A DNA stretch of 64,000 nt from Candidatus Bathyarchaeia archaeon (GCA_050012255.1 JBEKHN010000002.1:128001-192000); one strand, 5' to 3'. Counted from the first letter of the stretch, positions 21,223-31,257 are shown. Notes: generated from the letters alone by a model not told the origin. Made by a program: numbers and translations.

Positions 21223-21837
21223 TTACAGAACGTTGAACAGTGTTTCAATGTTAAAAACCGTGTTGGCGCATCCATTTTTTATCAGTGGAACGTGCTGGCC
21301 AACGACGTTCATGGCTTTCAACATGTCTCCTCCGAGTCTCACTTCTTCGCCGCAGGCGACTCCGACGACGCCTTCATACCGCTTGGCCTTTAGAATCTTT
21401 GGGATGCAAGAACCGCCTGGCAGGATGTAAACGTCATAGCCTTTCTTCTGGCCGAAGAGCACCGCTCTTCCTATGGGGCAGTCTGGTGAGCAGTGGGCGC
21501 ATACGTAAGATGGGATGCTCGGGTCGAAGGACGCCCTGCATCTGTTGTCCATGAACTTCCTGGAGCAGTGAGGCAGGAACAAGGCTCTCCTTTTTGTTTG
21601 GACGAATTTTTCTCTTTCAATGAGGTTTCTTGCTTGTGTATCCATCAGGTCTTCTAGAAGGGTTACAGCGTCGTACAAGTTGAGGCCTGTTGCCTCTTCT
21701 ATCTTGAATTTTCTTATGATCTCTTGTGCCGTTTTGCTAACCTGTTTATGCATGCCCTTTTGATAGCTGGCCTTAGCTATCTCAGTGAAGAAGAAGCGCG
21801 GGATTTTTGAGAGATCAAACGTGAACTTGTATGGCAT
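21223..21837 (-). CDS. DUF116-family protein
   Basis: LFLPHCSR, CAHCSPDC, ILPGGS, GVACGEE and L.KNGC.NT motifs. Confidence 0.8.
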   Translation of the reverse strand: MPYKFTFDLSKIPRFFFTEIAKASYQKGMHKQVSKTAQEIIRKFKIEEATGLNLYDAVTLLEDLMDTQARNLIEREKFVQTKRRALFLPHCSRKFMDNRCRASFDPSIPSYVCAHCSPDCPIGRAVLFGQKKGYDVYILPGGSCIPKILKAKRYEGVVGVACGEEVRLGGDMLKAMNVVGQHVPLIKNGCANTVFNIETLFNVL

Positions 21838-21920
21838 ACCCTAGCTTGTGGACAGACAAACCTTTAAGATTAACTATTGTATACTAGTCCAAAATTGAAG
21901 ATATTCAAAGCTGCGGAGGT

Positions 21921-22319
21921 TTGGCGTTGCAAAGGTTAAGAAGAAGAAGAGAAGAAAAGAAATCGGATGTTGAACGTGAGGGGGAGGTTTCGGAACTTGA
22001 ACAGCTTGCTGGGAACGACAGGGAAACCTACGAAGCATTGTGTGCAACGATGTTTCTCGACCCTAGGAAGATCGAGACTTCTTTGAAGCAGGCTGCTGAC
22101 AACGCTAAGAAGAGTGAAAAAGACGGGGATATGGCAAGGGCTGGGATGTGGTATGAGGTCGCTGGGGGGCTAGCGATCTACGAGGGAAACGTGAAGAAAG
22201 TCATCGAGCATTACGCTGATGCAGGAAGAGTCACAGGTCGACAATACGTGATATTGAAAAACCCTGAAAAAGCGGTGGCCGTTGCGCAAGAATATTACAA
22301 GAAGGTCCTGTTGGCTTAG
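21921..22319 (+). CDS. Hypothetical alpha-helical (TPR-like) protein
   Basis: 132-aa ORF with GGAGG ribosome-binding site; no family recognised. Confidence 0.55.
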   Translation: MALQRLRRRREEKKSDVEREGEVSELEQLAGNDRETYEALCATMFLDPRKIETSLKQAADNAKKSEKDGDMARAGMWYEVAGGLAIYEGNVKKVIEHYADAGRVTGRQYVILKNPEKAVAVAQEYYKKVLLA

Positions 22320-22368
22320 CCGCAGAAATATCTGGTCTTCAAGTCAAAAACCGTGAGTAGCGGTTTTT

Positions 22369-22794
22369 CTATTTTTCTTCTTCAGTATATCCCAAAAGGT
22401 CTCTAAGAGATCTCACTTCTTCTCTGAGCACACTCACTTCGCTTTCAAGGGCGTCCGCTCTAGACTCTGCAACTTTTCTCAAGTTTTCGATCTCGACCAT
22501 GAGGTTTGCCCGTTCTGTTTCCAGAGTTTTTATCTTCTCGCGGAGATTCGTGAGCGTCTGCATGAGTTCTTCCTTGATGCCCTTAATTCTTCCTACCATA
22601 TTTTTAATACTTGCTGTCTGTTGAATTTTCGTTTCATGTTCAACGGCCGATCTGAACCTAGCCTTGCAACTGGGACATTCGAATATGGCAGCAAGCTTGA
22701 CTTCTTCACCTTTTTTCAAGGGCTTACGAGAGGGAATCGGCCAAGTCTTGACAGGCGCGGCCACTTCGCAGCCGCATTTTGGACAGTTGACCAA
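22369..22794 (-). CDS. Cren7-like zinc-ribbon domain fused to a coiled coil
   Basis: CPKCG...PVKTW...IFECPSC..RFR followed by ~75 aa of heptad pattern. Confidence 0.6.
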   Translation of the reverse strand: MVNCPKCGCEVAAPVKTWPIPSRKPLKKGEEVKLAAIFECPSCKARFRSAVEHETKIQQTASIKNMVGRIKGIKEELMQTLTNLREKIKTLETERANLMVEIENLRKVAESRADALESEVSVLREEVRSLRDLLGYTEEEK

Positions 22795-22895
22795 GCAGAT
22801 TCCTCGTGTGATTTATGGCGTGCTGCGTCTAAAATCTGTTTTGCAGAAAAGCATGGAACGCGCTGTTGACGTTAAGAAAAAAGGGAGGGAGTGTG

Positions 22896-23870
22896 TTAGA
22901 TGGTCATGTGGAACATTAGCCTTTCAACAAGCTCTTTGTACCTGTTTCGAATGGTGACCTCGGTTACCTGCGCTATCTCGGCTATTTCTCTCTGTGTTTT
23001 TCTTTCGCCGGTCAGTACAGAGGCAATGTAACTTGCTGCTGCTGCGATGCCCGTGGGGCCTCGGCCTGAGGTCAGTTTGAGTTCTTTTGCTGCTCCTAGG
23101 ATTTTGTGGGCGATCTCTTCGACCTTTCCTTGCATCGTTAGTTGATTTGAGAACTTTGTGATGTACTGGCTTGGTCTCACGGGCGGTATCGAATAGTTCA
23201 GTTCCTTGATTAGAAAGCGGTAGCTCCGTCCGACTTCCTTCTTGTTCACACTCGAAGCTTGTGCTATCTCCTCCAATGTTCTAGCCAGTGCACACTGTCT
23301 GCAGGCCAGATAGATTGCTGCTGCTGTTACGCCTTGAATGGACCTTCCTCTTATGAGCCTCTCTTTGACGGCCTTTCTGTAGATGACCGAAGCTGTTTCA
23401 AGAATGCTCTTGGGAAGGTTCAGGTTGTTGGCAATCTTTGTGATTTCGGACAATGCGAAAGCAAGGTTGCGTTCCGTCGCGTCTGAAACCCTTATGCGAC
23501 GCTGCCATTTTCTGAGCCTGTAAACCTGTGCCTTCTGTCCTGGCGATAGGCTTTTCCCATAAACGTCTCTGTCGTGCCAATCAATCATCGTTGACAAGCC
23601 TTTGTCGTGAATAGTGTAGGTCAACGGTGCGCCTACCCTCGTTCTCTTGGCTCTTTGTTCATCGTCGAAAGCTCTCCACTCTGGTCCTCTGTCAGTTATC
23701 TTCGCAGCCAGGACGAAACCGCAGTTCATACAAACGATTTCTGCACATTCATAATCGCGCATGAGCCTTGCGCTGTGGCATTCCGGACAGGTCTGGATCT
23801 TTACGTGCTCAGGGTTCTGCGGCGATGCGGATGAATCTGGGTTTGCCTGAGCTTCGTCGCTTTCATCCAT
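22896..23870 (-). CDS. tfb: Transcription initiation factor IIB
   Basis: Zn ribbon CPEC...CMNCG, GPEWRAF, two cyclin repeats, [13 protein letters not shown]. Confidence 0.98.
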   Translation of the reverse strand: MDESDEAQANPDSSASPQNPEHVKIQTCPECHSARLMRDYECAEIVCMNCGFVLAAKITDRGPEWRAFDDEQRAKRTRVGAPLTYTIHDKGLSTMIDWHDRDVYGKSLSPGQKAQVYRLRKWQRRIRVSDATERNLAFALSEITKIANNLNLPKSILETASVIYRKAVKERLIRGRSIQGVTAAAIYLACRQCALARTLEEIAQASSVNKKEVGRSYRFLIKELNYSIPPVRPSQYITKFSNQLTMQGKVEEIAHKILGAAKELKLTSGRGPTGIAAAASYIASVLTGERKTQREIAEIAQVTEVTIRNRYKELVERLMFHMTI

Positions 23871-24120
23871 ACTTGTTTTTCTCCTTTCTCCTCCTTGAGG
23901 GGATTACGTAGACTGGTTTGTTGACTAATCTTTCAAGACCATGCATGGTGGGTCTTATTGCCACGTAAGGCGAGGACACTGGACCAAGTATGTCAAAAAC
24001 CTTTCCGACGGGTTTTAGGTTTTCATCGACGACTGTTTCGCCAATCCTCGGAATGTTTTCAACCTTCGTTATCATGTTCCGACTTGGGCTTATGTGAAGG
24101 ATTAGGCCTAGTCTCTGCAA
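23863..24120 (-). CDS. gar1: H/ACA RNP protein Gar1
   Basis: [15 protein letters not shown] motif; conserved gar1-tfb adjacency. Confidence 0.88.
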   Translation of the reverse strand: MQRLGLILHISPSRNMITKVENIPRIGETVVDENLKPVGKVFDILGPVSSPYVAIRPTMHGLERLVNKPVYVIPSRRRKEKNKYG

Positions 24121-24511
24121 ATTTTAGTTTCCCCTCACGAAAAGCAAAATGCTTCAGCCAAGCAGCCTATTTAAACTTTTCTACGTTTAAATTTTAGGAA
24201 CGCGGTCATTTTCTAAAAACTGGCCTGCAACAGCCGATTTTAACCTTGATTATGATCGAGATCTGGCAGAAATTTGACTTGCGCGTTCTAAATGTCAGCT
24301 TTTCATTGTCCAAGCGCGTGATTTGCGTGAAAACTTCTGAAGGGAAAGACTTGTTCGTCTATTGGTACGGCAAAACACTTTTTCTCGGCGCAAGGTGCCG
24401 GACTGGGTCGAGGCTTATCATGAAAACACGTAGCAAAAGGTTACTTTGAGAGGTCGAAACCTTCATAAATAAGGACTGTTGATTAGACTGTGCATTTGAA
24501 GGGTGAGGCTT

Positions 24512-24892
24512 ATGTCCAAACCGTTTTATGTGAAGTTCGAGGTTTCGAAGGAACTTGCAGATGCGGCCTATGAAGCCCTGCAAATAGCCGCAAAAACAGG
24601 CGCTGTGAGGAAAGGCACGAACGAAACGACGAAGGCTATTGAAAGAGCTCAGGCCAAGCTTGTGGTTGTGGCAGAGGATGTACAGCCGCCAGAGGTTGTC
24701 GCGCACTTGCCTCTTCTGTGCGAGGAAAGGAAGATTCCTTACATCTTCGTCCCGAGCAAGGAGAAGATAGGCAGCGCGATAGGCATTGATGTTCCTGCTG
24801 GGGCCGCAAGCATCGTCAAAGAAGGAGACGCCACGGGACTGGTCAAGGAGATAGTTGAAAGAATCGAGCAGGCCAAAAGAGGAGCAAAGTGA
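24512..24892 (+). CDS. rpl7ae: 50S ribosomal protein L7Ae
   Basis: [21 protein letters not shown] and [14 protein letters not shown] motifs. Confidence 0.97.
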   Translation: MSKPFYVKFEVSKELADAAYEALQIAAKTGAVRKGTNETTKAIERAQAKLVVVAEDVQPPEVVAHLPLLCEERKIPYIFVPSKEKIGSAIGIDVPAGAASIVKEGDATGLVKEIVERIEQAKRGAK

Positions 24893-25122
24893 TGAGCAGA
24901 GAGGCAAGAGAGACTGAGCATATACAGCTTACCCCGGCCGAGGTAATTCAAGTCATCGGGCGCACAGGTGTGACGGGTGAAATCGCTCAGGTCAGAATAC
25001 GAATTCTCGAAGGAAAAGACAAAGGGCGCATCATAACGCGCAACGTTAAAGGACCAGTTCGGGTTCAAGACGTTCTCATGCTCAGAGAAACTGAGAGGGA
25101 AGCAAAGAAGATCAGTAGATAA
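24889..25122 (+). CDS. rps28e: 30S ribosomal protein S28e
   Basis: GRTGVTGE...RNVKGPVR...LRETERE. Confidence 0.96.
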   Translation: MMSREARETEHIQLTPAEVIQVIGRTGVTGEIAQVRIRILEGKDKGRIITRNVKGPVRVQDVLMLRETEREAKKISR

Positions 25123-25144
25123 ATTCGAATCAGAATCGCAGGGG

Positions 25145-25351
25145 ATGCCCATCATGCCGAGACCTAGGAAATGCTCATTCTGCGGTAACGATTTCCCAGC
25201 GGGCACGGGCATGATGTACGTCAAGAACGACGGGTCAGTCTTGTGGTTCTGCTCAAGCAAATGCAGAAAGAGCTCCTTGATGTTTGGAAGAGACGCGCGA
25301 AAGCTCAAATGGACAGCATACTTCGGGAAGGAAGAAAAAGGAAAAGCCTAG
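25145..25351 (+). CDS. rpl24e: 50S ribosomal protein L24e
   Basis: CSFCG...GTGMMYV..DG...FCSSKC...KLKWT. Confidence 0.96.
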   Translation: MPIMPRPRKCSFCGNDFPAGTGMMYVKNDGSVLWFCSSKCRKSSLMFGRDARKLKWTAYFGKEEKGKA

Positions 25352-25430
25352 AATTCCATTCGTAAAGAAGACGCACTAACCTTTCAGCTTCAACTGTCTT
25401 TTTCGGACGAGAATCCTGAACTGGCTTGTT

Positions 25431-25555
25431 TGGTAGCGGGGGGTTGATTTGAACAACCGCTAGAGGCAGCTTGATCTAGCTGCTATCTCTGGGTCCCTCA
25501 GAGCATTCGAGCTCTTATGAGCCCAGCGGGTTAATCCTGGCTACCCCACCCCGCT
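25431..25555 (-). tRNA. Initiator tRNA-Met(CAT) with two BHB introns (25495-25515 at 37/38; 25460-25484 at 47/48); CCA encoded
   Basis: A1-U72 acceptor AGCGGGG/CCCCGCT, GGG/CCC anticodon stem, CTCATAA loop; removing 21+25 nt gives a 79-nt cloverleaf. Confidence 0.93.
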
Positions 25556-25685
25556 GCTTCTTTTATGCTGACGGGTTGCTCTCTTAAATCTTTTACCAAA
25601 AAGATTTGGCCTACAAGCAGAGTTTTCCGCCCTCCTTGAAGTCGCCTGGAAGACGGAAACGTTTTAGACTCGCAATGCTCACCTA

Positions 25686-26351
25686 TTGAGTTTGGTGCAT
25701 CGAGGCTTGAACAAACCCTATCTCAGACAGACATCAAGTCCAACCCTTAAGAATCCGATTTTTGTGCAAGGTCTTCCCGGGTTCGGGAACGTTGGCAAGA
25801 TTGCAGCTTACCTGTTGATGAAGTTTTCTGGAGCGAAGCTTTTTGCCGAGCTGTATTCACCCTCCTTCCCAGACTATGTTTCAATCAATTCCAAGGGGAT
25901 CTGTCATCTGCCGCGGTACGAGTTCTACGCCGCACCTACAGAAAAAAATGATTTCATCATAATGACAGGTGACACGCAGCCCTCTTTCGACGATGTGGTC
26001 GCGCATTACGCGCTCTGCAGTGAAACGCTGGATTTCATCGAAAAGAGAGGTTGCAGCTTCCTTGTAACGCTGGGCGGAGCACCCGTTAAAGATGAGAAGG
26101 CACAGGTGTACGTGGCGGCAACTTCACCAAGAATTGCGTTGGAATTTATGGAGAAAGGCGCCGTGATTTACAGCAAGGGCAGGGTCGTCGGGGCTACAGG
26201 TCTCACGTTGGGGCTGGCAAAGGAGCGCGGCTTAGAAGGTGTGTGCTTGCTGGGGACAACGACGGGCTTCAGAGCAGACCGAGGCGCAGGTTTTGCCGTG
26301 TTCAAGTTTCTGATGAAGGCTCTGGGCAACGAGGTAAAGGAAGGGTTATAA
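25686..26351 (+). CDS. PAC2-family proteasome assembly chaperone
   Basis: QGLPGFGNVGKIA, ELYSPSFP, TGDTQP, TLGG and CLLGTT motifs. Confidence 0.85.
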   Translation: MSLVHRGLNKPYLRQTSSPTLKNPIFVQGLPGFGNVGKIAAYLLMKFSGAKLFAELYSPSFPDYVSINSKGICHLPRYEFYAAPTEKNDFIIMTGDTQPSFDDVVAHYALCSETLDFIEKRGCSFLVTLGGAPVKDEKAQVYVAATSPRIALEFMEKGAVIYSKGRVVGATGLTLGLAKERGLEGVCLLGTTTGFRADRGAGFAVFKFLMKALGNEVKEGL

Positions 26352-26360
26352 GAGAAAACA

Positions 26361-26612
26361 TTGATTTTAAGTTTTCATCGAGGCGAGCGAAGGTTGACGG
26401 AACAAAAGCAGAAGGCAAAAGCTGGCTTCTTTAAGTCCAAGTACTGGAGAATGCTTCTCGTGCTTGTGATGGGTATCTTGCTGTTTGGAGCACCATACGC
26501 AACGTACATTTTGCACACTCACTACACCATTTCAACGATCGCCGGGTTCGGAGCCGTCTTCCTAGGTTTGTTGCTGATGTGGTACCTGATTAGAACCAAA
26601 GTCATTTCCTGA
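26361..26612 (+). CDS. Small two-TM hypothetical protein
   Basis: Two hydrophobic segments; start uncertain. Confidence 0.5.
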   Translation: MILSFHRGERRLTEQKQKAKAGFFKSKYWRMLLVLVMGILLFGAPYATYILHTHYTISTIAGFGAVFLGLLLMWYLIRTKVIS

Positions 26613-26625
26613 GTACAAGCTGTTT

Positions 26626-26684
26626 CTGCCTCAGATACCCTAGAGTACATCACCTTTTCAGACATTATGATTCGTCATCGGCAG
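26626..26684 (-). ncRNA. C/D-box methylation guide sRNA
   Basis: Minus strand: CTGCC-G-ATGACGA(C)-ATCATAATGT-CTGA(D')-AAAG-GTGATGT(C')-ACTCTAGGGTAT-CTGA(D)-GGCAG, with a 5-bp terminal stem. Confidence 0.85.
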
Positions 26685-26785
26685 GTCTAAACGTGCGTGA
26701 GCCCTGTTAAAAATTGTTCGGTTGAAAGAGGTTAGCAAAACATATAGTCTAGCCAACGGCAATTACCTGTGTTGGACATTATTCT

Positions 26786-27151
26786 TTGAGCAAAGAGTGT
26801 GCAAAGATGAGCCAAGATGAGAAGAGCGCTTTGAAAACTGGGTTAACGCAGCCCGCAAAATTGGCTGATCTGGTCGCCTACCAGGAAGGTTCTGTCGTGA
26901 GTAGAACAATTGTCGAAAAGAAGTCGGGAACCGTTACGTTTTTCGCTTTTGATAAGGGAGAGGGACTGAGTGAGCATAAGGCACCATTTGATGCTTTGGT
27001 TTACGTTGTCGATGGAGAAGCAGAGGTCACGATTGCCGGCAAATCTTTTGTGCTGAAAGAGGGAGAGATGATCGTGATGCCGGCCAACAACACGCACGCC
27101 TTGAGGGCGACTCGAAGGTTTAAGATGCTCTTGGTGATGATCCGGACCTGA
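26786..27151 (+). CDS. Cupin-domain protein
   Basis: FDKGEGLSEHKAPFDA and MPANNTHAL motifs. Confidence 0.88.
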   Translation: MSKECAKMSQDEKSALKTGLTQPAKLADLVAYQEGSVVSRTIVEKKSGTVTFFAFDKGEGLSEHKAPFDALVYVVDGEAEVTIAGKSFVLKEGEMIVMPANNTHALRATRRFKMLLVMIRT

Positions 27152-27195
27152 GTATGCTTCAATATGCTCCTGCAGAGACACAAATTATATAAAAT

Positions 27196-27801
27196 ATGCT
27201 GAGAGATATACCAGTTATGGAGAACGACAAAGAGAAAAAACTTGAAGAAATGGTTAAGAAAGGCAGAAGTTCAGCCAAGAGAACAACAATAATCCTTGAG
27301 AAAGATGAAAGAGAGTTCATCGACTCCTTGATCCGTGAGGGAAAGGAACCTGGTATCAAACCTCTCATCTCCAAGATGCTAGATGTCTACAGAAGCATGA
27401 TGGTTTACGATTGGCGTTTTCCCGGCGAGTACTACTGCGGCATCAGCCGCATAGCCTTCGTGAATGTCGAACTGCTCAACATCCTGATCCAAAACACTCC
27501 GCGGGAGAAATGGCGCGAAATCGGCAGAACAATGGGTGAAGCTACAAGGGTGTCGATTGAAACCACTCTGGGAATACGAACACAGGACCGCGAGAAATGG
27601 TCAGATGTTTTCAAGCGGTTGCGAGTGCAGGGCTTTGGTGATTTCTATCTGAAGGACAAGTACCTTCTTATAAAAACGCCTTTCATTGGCGAATCTGAGA
27701 TCTGGGCTGGCCTACTGGAGGGCTTGTTTGATATAGATTTGGACGTGAAAACCACTTCTTCTCCGTTGGTTTTCGAAATGATAGAAAAAGACACAAAATG
27801 A
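27196..27801 (+). CDS. Hypothetical protein (possible RHH-like N-terminus plus V4R-like fold)
   Basis: 201-aa ORF; RTTIILE..ER.FID.L; WREIGRTMG...QGFG.F pattern. Confidence 0.5.
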   Translation: MLRDIPVMENDKEKKLEEMVKKGRSSAKRTTIILEKDEREFIDSLIREGKEPGIKPLISKMLDVYRSMMVYDWRFPGEYYCGISRIAFVNVELLNILIQNTPREKWREIGRTMGEATRVSIETTLGIRTQDREKWSDVFKRLRVQGFGDFYLKDKYLLIKTPFIGESEIWAGLLEGLFDIDLDVKTTSSPLVFEMIEKDTK

Positions 27802-27861
27802 ACGAATAGATCTTATACTTCATAAGCCAAGATTTGAAGGAAGGCTTGAGAGGAGAGTTAA

Positions 27862-28917
27862 ATGTCACTTCACGAAGCGATGCTTTACCAGAAGTTGGAG
27901 GACAAGAAAGTCAACTGCTACCTCTGTGCGAGAAGATGCCATATAAACGACGGAGGGACAGGCTTCTGTCTGGTAAGAAAGAACAATGGTGGCACTCTTT
28001 TTTCGCTCAACTATGCTAAAGCAATATCTGCTGGCGTGGATCCTGTGGAGAAGAAGCCGTTGGCACACTTCAACCCAGGAGCCTTGGTCATGTCCATCGC
28101 TACAGTGGGCTGCAACTTCCGCTGTCAGTTCTGCGACAACTGGATGATCAGCCAAGAGAAGGAGATAGCAGGCAACCCCCTTCCCCCTGAAGAGGTCGTC
28201 AAGGCTGCCAGAGACAACGACTGTCAGGGAATAAGTTACACTTACACAGAGCCCACGATATTCTTCGAGTATGCTTACGACACGTCCAGGCTAGCACATG
28301 AAGTCGGGTTCTTCAACACGTTTGTGACAAACGGTTACATGACACCAGAGGCTGTAAAGACTATAGCACCATATTTAGATGCTGCAACCGTAGACTTCAA
28401 GGGCGGCGGAGACCCAGAATTCTACAAGACTTTTTCAGCTGTTCCTTCGGTTGCCCCCATTTTCGAGGCTCTGAAAGAGATGAGAAGGAACAACGTCCAC
28501 GTTGAAATCACGAACCTAATCGTGCCGAAATCAGGAGATTCTCTAGAGAGAATAAAAGAGCTCGCAATTTGGATTAGAGACGGCATCGGCAAGGACACAC
28601 CGTTCCACCTACTGCGTTTTCATCCTGACTATCAGTTAACCTCAATCCCCGCAACACCGATCGAAACATTGGAGAAGGCCTACATGACCGCGAAAGAAGC
28701 TGGACTAAACTACGTTTACATTGGAAACGTGCCAGGGCATCCAAGCGAGAACACCTATTGTCCAAACTGCAACGAAATGCTGATCAAGCGGTACAGCTTC
28801 GCGGTCACGCGGTGGAATCTGACCAAGGACATGCGCTGTCCCGTCTGCGGACAAAGTGTCCCGATCAAGGGCACACTGCACCCAAGCGGGCACTCGCTTC
28901 CCTACGCCCTCTTCTGA
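27862..28917 (+). CDS. amrS: AmmeMemoRadiSam system radical SAM enzyme
   Basis: CYLCARRC, DPVEKKPL, GCNFRCQFCDNW, YTYTEP, RFHPDY and CPNC motifs. Confidence 0.92.
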   Translation: MSLHEAMLYQKLEDKKVNCYLCARRCHINDGGTGFCLVRKNNGGTLFSLNYAKAISAGVDPVEKKPLAHFNPGALVMSIATVGCNFRCQFCDNWMISQEKEIAGNPLPPEEVVKAARDNDCQGISYTYTEPTIFFEYAYDTSRLAHEVGFFNTFVTNGYMTPEAVKTIAPYLDAATVDFKGGGDPEFYKTFSAVPSVAPIFEALKEMRRNNVHVEITNLIVPKSGDSLERIKELAIWIRDGIGKDTPFHLLRFHPDYQLTSIPATPIETLEKAYMTAKEAGLNYVYIGNVPGHPSENTYCPNCNEMLIKRYSFAVTRWNLTKDMRCPVCGQSVPIKGTLHPSGHSLPYALF

Positions 28918-28950
28918 CAAGTCCAAAGCGTTGAGTAAGACTGATTAGAA

Positions 28951-30042
28951 ATGTGGAGACTCCATCGCCCAGATGCCCTTGCCGTTCTCCGAGATGAATC
29001 AGCAAAGAAAAGTCTGGCCAGATACTTCGCCGTCATGCAGGATGAGAAGCCCGCAAAATTCATTATCGCCAAGAAGCTTTCGGCCGAATTCAGTGAAAAA
29101 GATTCAGCTAATACGCTCTGGCAAAAACACGCAAGCCTTACTCAGAAGTTTTGCGAAATCGAAAGAGAAATTGACCATGGCCACAAAAACGTGGCGAAGA
29201 TGCCGACTCCAAGCAAATCTTACCTTGACCTGAAAATTGAAATCGCAAACAGAATTCTGCTTTCCTGCCACTTTTGCACACGCAAGTGTCAGGTCAACAG
29301 GCTGAATGGGCAACTAGGCTATTGCCGATGCGGTTCAAAGATTACGGTTTCAAGCATTTTTGAGCACACGGGCGAAGAGCCTGAACTTGTGCCTTCGGGA
29401 ACCGTTTTTACGATGGGCTGCACGATGCGCTGCAAGCACTGCCAAAACTGGACGATCTCTCAATGGGAGGAAACAGGCGAAGTCTACGAGCTGAACGCAT
29501 TAGCCGAAGAGGTGAAGCAACTGCGCCTAAACGGTTGCAGGAACATCAATCTCGTAGGCGGAGAACCGACGCCTTGGCTTCAACAATGGCTCAGCACGTT
29601 CAAGCGTGTTGACATCAACGTCCCGGTTGTCTGGAACTCAAACACGTACTACAGCCCAGAGACAGCCAATTTATTAGCAGGCTTTGCCGACGTTTACCTG
29701 TTAGATTTCAAATACGGACCGGGAGATTGTGCAGAAAAGATCTCTGCCGCTCAGAGCTACTGGGAAGTTTGCACTTGCAATCACTTGGAGGGTAACAGAT
29801 TCGGAGAACTCATAGCGCGCATCCTTGTCCTACCAAATCATCTGGAGTGCTGTGCAAAGCCGATCATCAATTGGATAGCCGAGAATCTGGGCGCTGACAC
29901 GAGGGTCAACGTCATGTTCCAGTACAGACCGGAGTGGCGTGCGTGCGAGGTTCCAGACTTGCGTAGGAGGCTAACAAGCGCTGAGATGGACAGGGCTATT
30001 CAACTGGCCAGAGAGGCAAATCTGACAAACTTCATAACGTGA
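28951..30042 (+). CDS. PflX-like radical SAM protein
   Basis: CHFCTRKC, HTGEEPELVPSGT, GCTMRCKHCQNW, GGEPTP and MFQYRP motifs. Confidence 0.88.
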   Translation: MWRLHRPDALAVLRDESAKKSLARYFAVMQDEKPAKFIIAKKLSAEFSEKDSANTLWQKHASLTQKFCEIEREIDHGHKNVAKMPTPSKSYLDLKIEIANRILLSCHFCTRKCQVNRLNGQLGYCRCGSKITVSSIFEHTGEEPELVPSGTVFTMGCTMRCKHCQNWTISQWEETGEVYELNALAEEVKQLRLNGCRNINLVGGEPTPWLQQWLSTFKRVDINVPVVWNSNTYYSPETANLLAGFADVYLLDFKYGPGDCAEKISAAQSYWEVCTCNHLEGNRFGELIARILVLPNHLECCAKPIINWIAENLGADTRVNVMFQYRPEWRACEVPDLRRRLTSAEMDRAIQLAREANLTNFIT

Positions 30043-30115
30043 AGTCCCTTCTTCGAGAGCGAAACGTATTTCTCAAGCTGCCCTCACTTCTAGACGCAGA
30101 AACGAGTGAACAAGA

Positions 30116-30322
30116 ATGCCATATTGTCCCGAATGTGGCGGCGAAATGCAGTACATGATAGCCACCAAGCACTACGTGTGCAAGAGCTGCGGGCTCTCTG
30201 TGACGCAGCAGGAACTGATGGAACTGAGAGAAAAACTCAGACCCAACATGGAGTCTGAGGAAGAAGAGCGTCAGAAGCAGAAGAAAGAATACCTGAAATG
30301 GTACTTGAGCAAGAAGAAATAG
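30116..30322 (+). CDS. Small zinc-ribbon protein
   Basis: CPECGG...CKSCG plus charged helix. Confidence 0.7.
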   Translation: MPYCPECGGEMQYMIATKHYVCKSCGLSVTQQELMELREKLRPNMESEEEERQKQKKEYLKWYLSKKK

Positions 30323-30416
30323 GACTAGCCCTCAGCTTTTCAAGACGAAAGCCAGCAAACAGCATAAAAGAATGAACGGCTTTTCAATGATCGCTCAAGC
30401 AGCGGAGAAGTCTTAA

Positions 30417-31250
30417 ATGAGCGTTAAGATGGAAATAATCTGCGTTGGCAACGAATTGTTGATCGGCAAAACCCTGAACACGAACGCTCAATGGCTAGCA
30501 AAGCGTGCCACCACTCTGGGAGTATTTGTGCACAGAATAACGGTCGTAGGCGACGACGTTAATGAAATTGCCAGCGCAATGCGCGAGTCTCTTAGACGCA
30601 AGCCACGTTTCATAATAACAACGGGTGGACTCGGCCCGACTTTTGACGACAAAACGCTCGGAGGAATTGCCAAGGGCTTAAGGCAGAAGCTTGAAGTCAA
30701 CGATGAAGCCCTGCAGATGGTCAGAGGGAAATATGAAGCCCTTCTGAGGGAAGGCAGAATAGAGAAGGTTGAGCTGACCCCTGCAAGAGTTAAAATGGCA
30801 ACGTTTCCAGAGAGTACAAAACCGCTGCACAATTCTGTTGGCACCGCCCCAGGGATGATAGCGAGTGCTGATGGGACGTTCTTGATAGCCTTGCCCGGCG
30901 TTCCCCCGGAAATGGAGGCTATTTTTGAGGAGTCGGTAGTGCCCATGCTCAAGAGAGACGCGGGGAAATCTGCCTTTTTTGAGGCAAGCATCTATGTCAA
31001 TGGCGTAATGGAGTCGAGCTTGGCGCCGCTGATCGATAAGGTTATGCATGAAAATCCTGATGTTTACATAAAATCGCATGTTTACACAAAGTCGCATCCA
31101 CAGGTTGAAGGAAGAAGATCCCATATAGAGCTTCACTTCTCCACAACGGCAGAGGACTCCAAGATCGCTAGGATCCGGTTGGGAAAGGCGATGACTCAGT
31201 TGTCAGAACTGATGCTGGAGAACGGCGGAAGAGTCAGCAAGGCGGCATAG
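30417..31250 (+). CDS. CinA-like molybdopterin-binding-domain protein
   Basis: GNELLIG..LNTNA, TGGLGPTFDD, GTAPG, LPGVPPEM and YIKSH motifs. Confidence 0.9.
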   Translation: MSVKMEIICVGNELLIGKTLNTNAQWLAKRATTLGVFVHRITVVGDDVNEIASAMRESLRRKPRFIITTGGLGPTFDDKTLGGIAKGLRQKLEVNDEALQMVRGKYEALLREGRIEKVELTPARVKMATFPESTKPLHNSVGTAPGMIASADGTFLIALPGVPPEMEAIFEESVVPMLKRDAGKSAFFEASIYVNGVMESSLAPLIDKVMHENPDVYIKSHVYTKSHPQVEGRRSHIELHFSTTAEDSKIARIRLGKAMTQLSELMLENGGRVSKAA

Positions 31251-31257
31251 AGAGCGG

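Noticed and set aside
24121-24500. Gene or RNA in the gar1-rpl7ae gap (ORF 24246-24449)
   Set aside because: No recognisable product or structure; consistent with divergent promoters.
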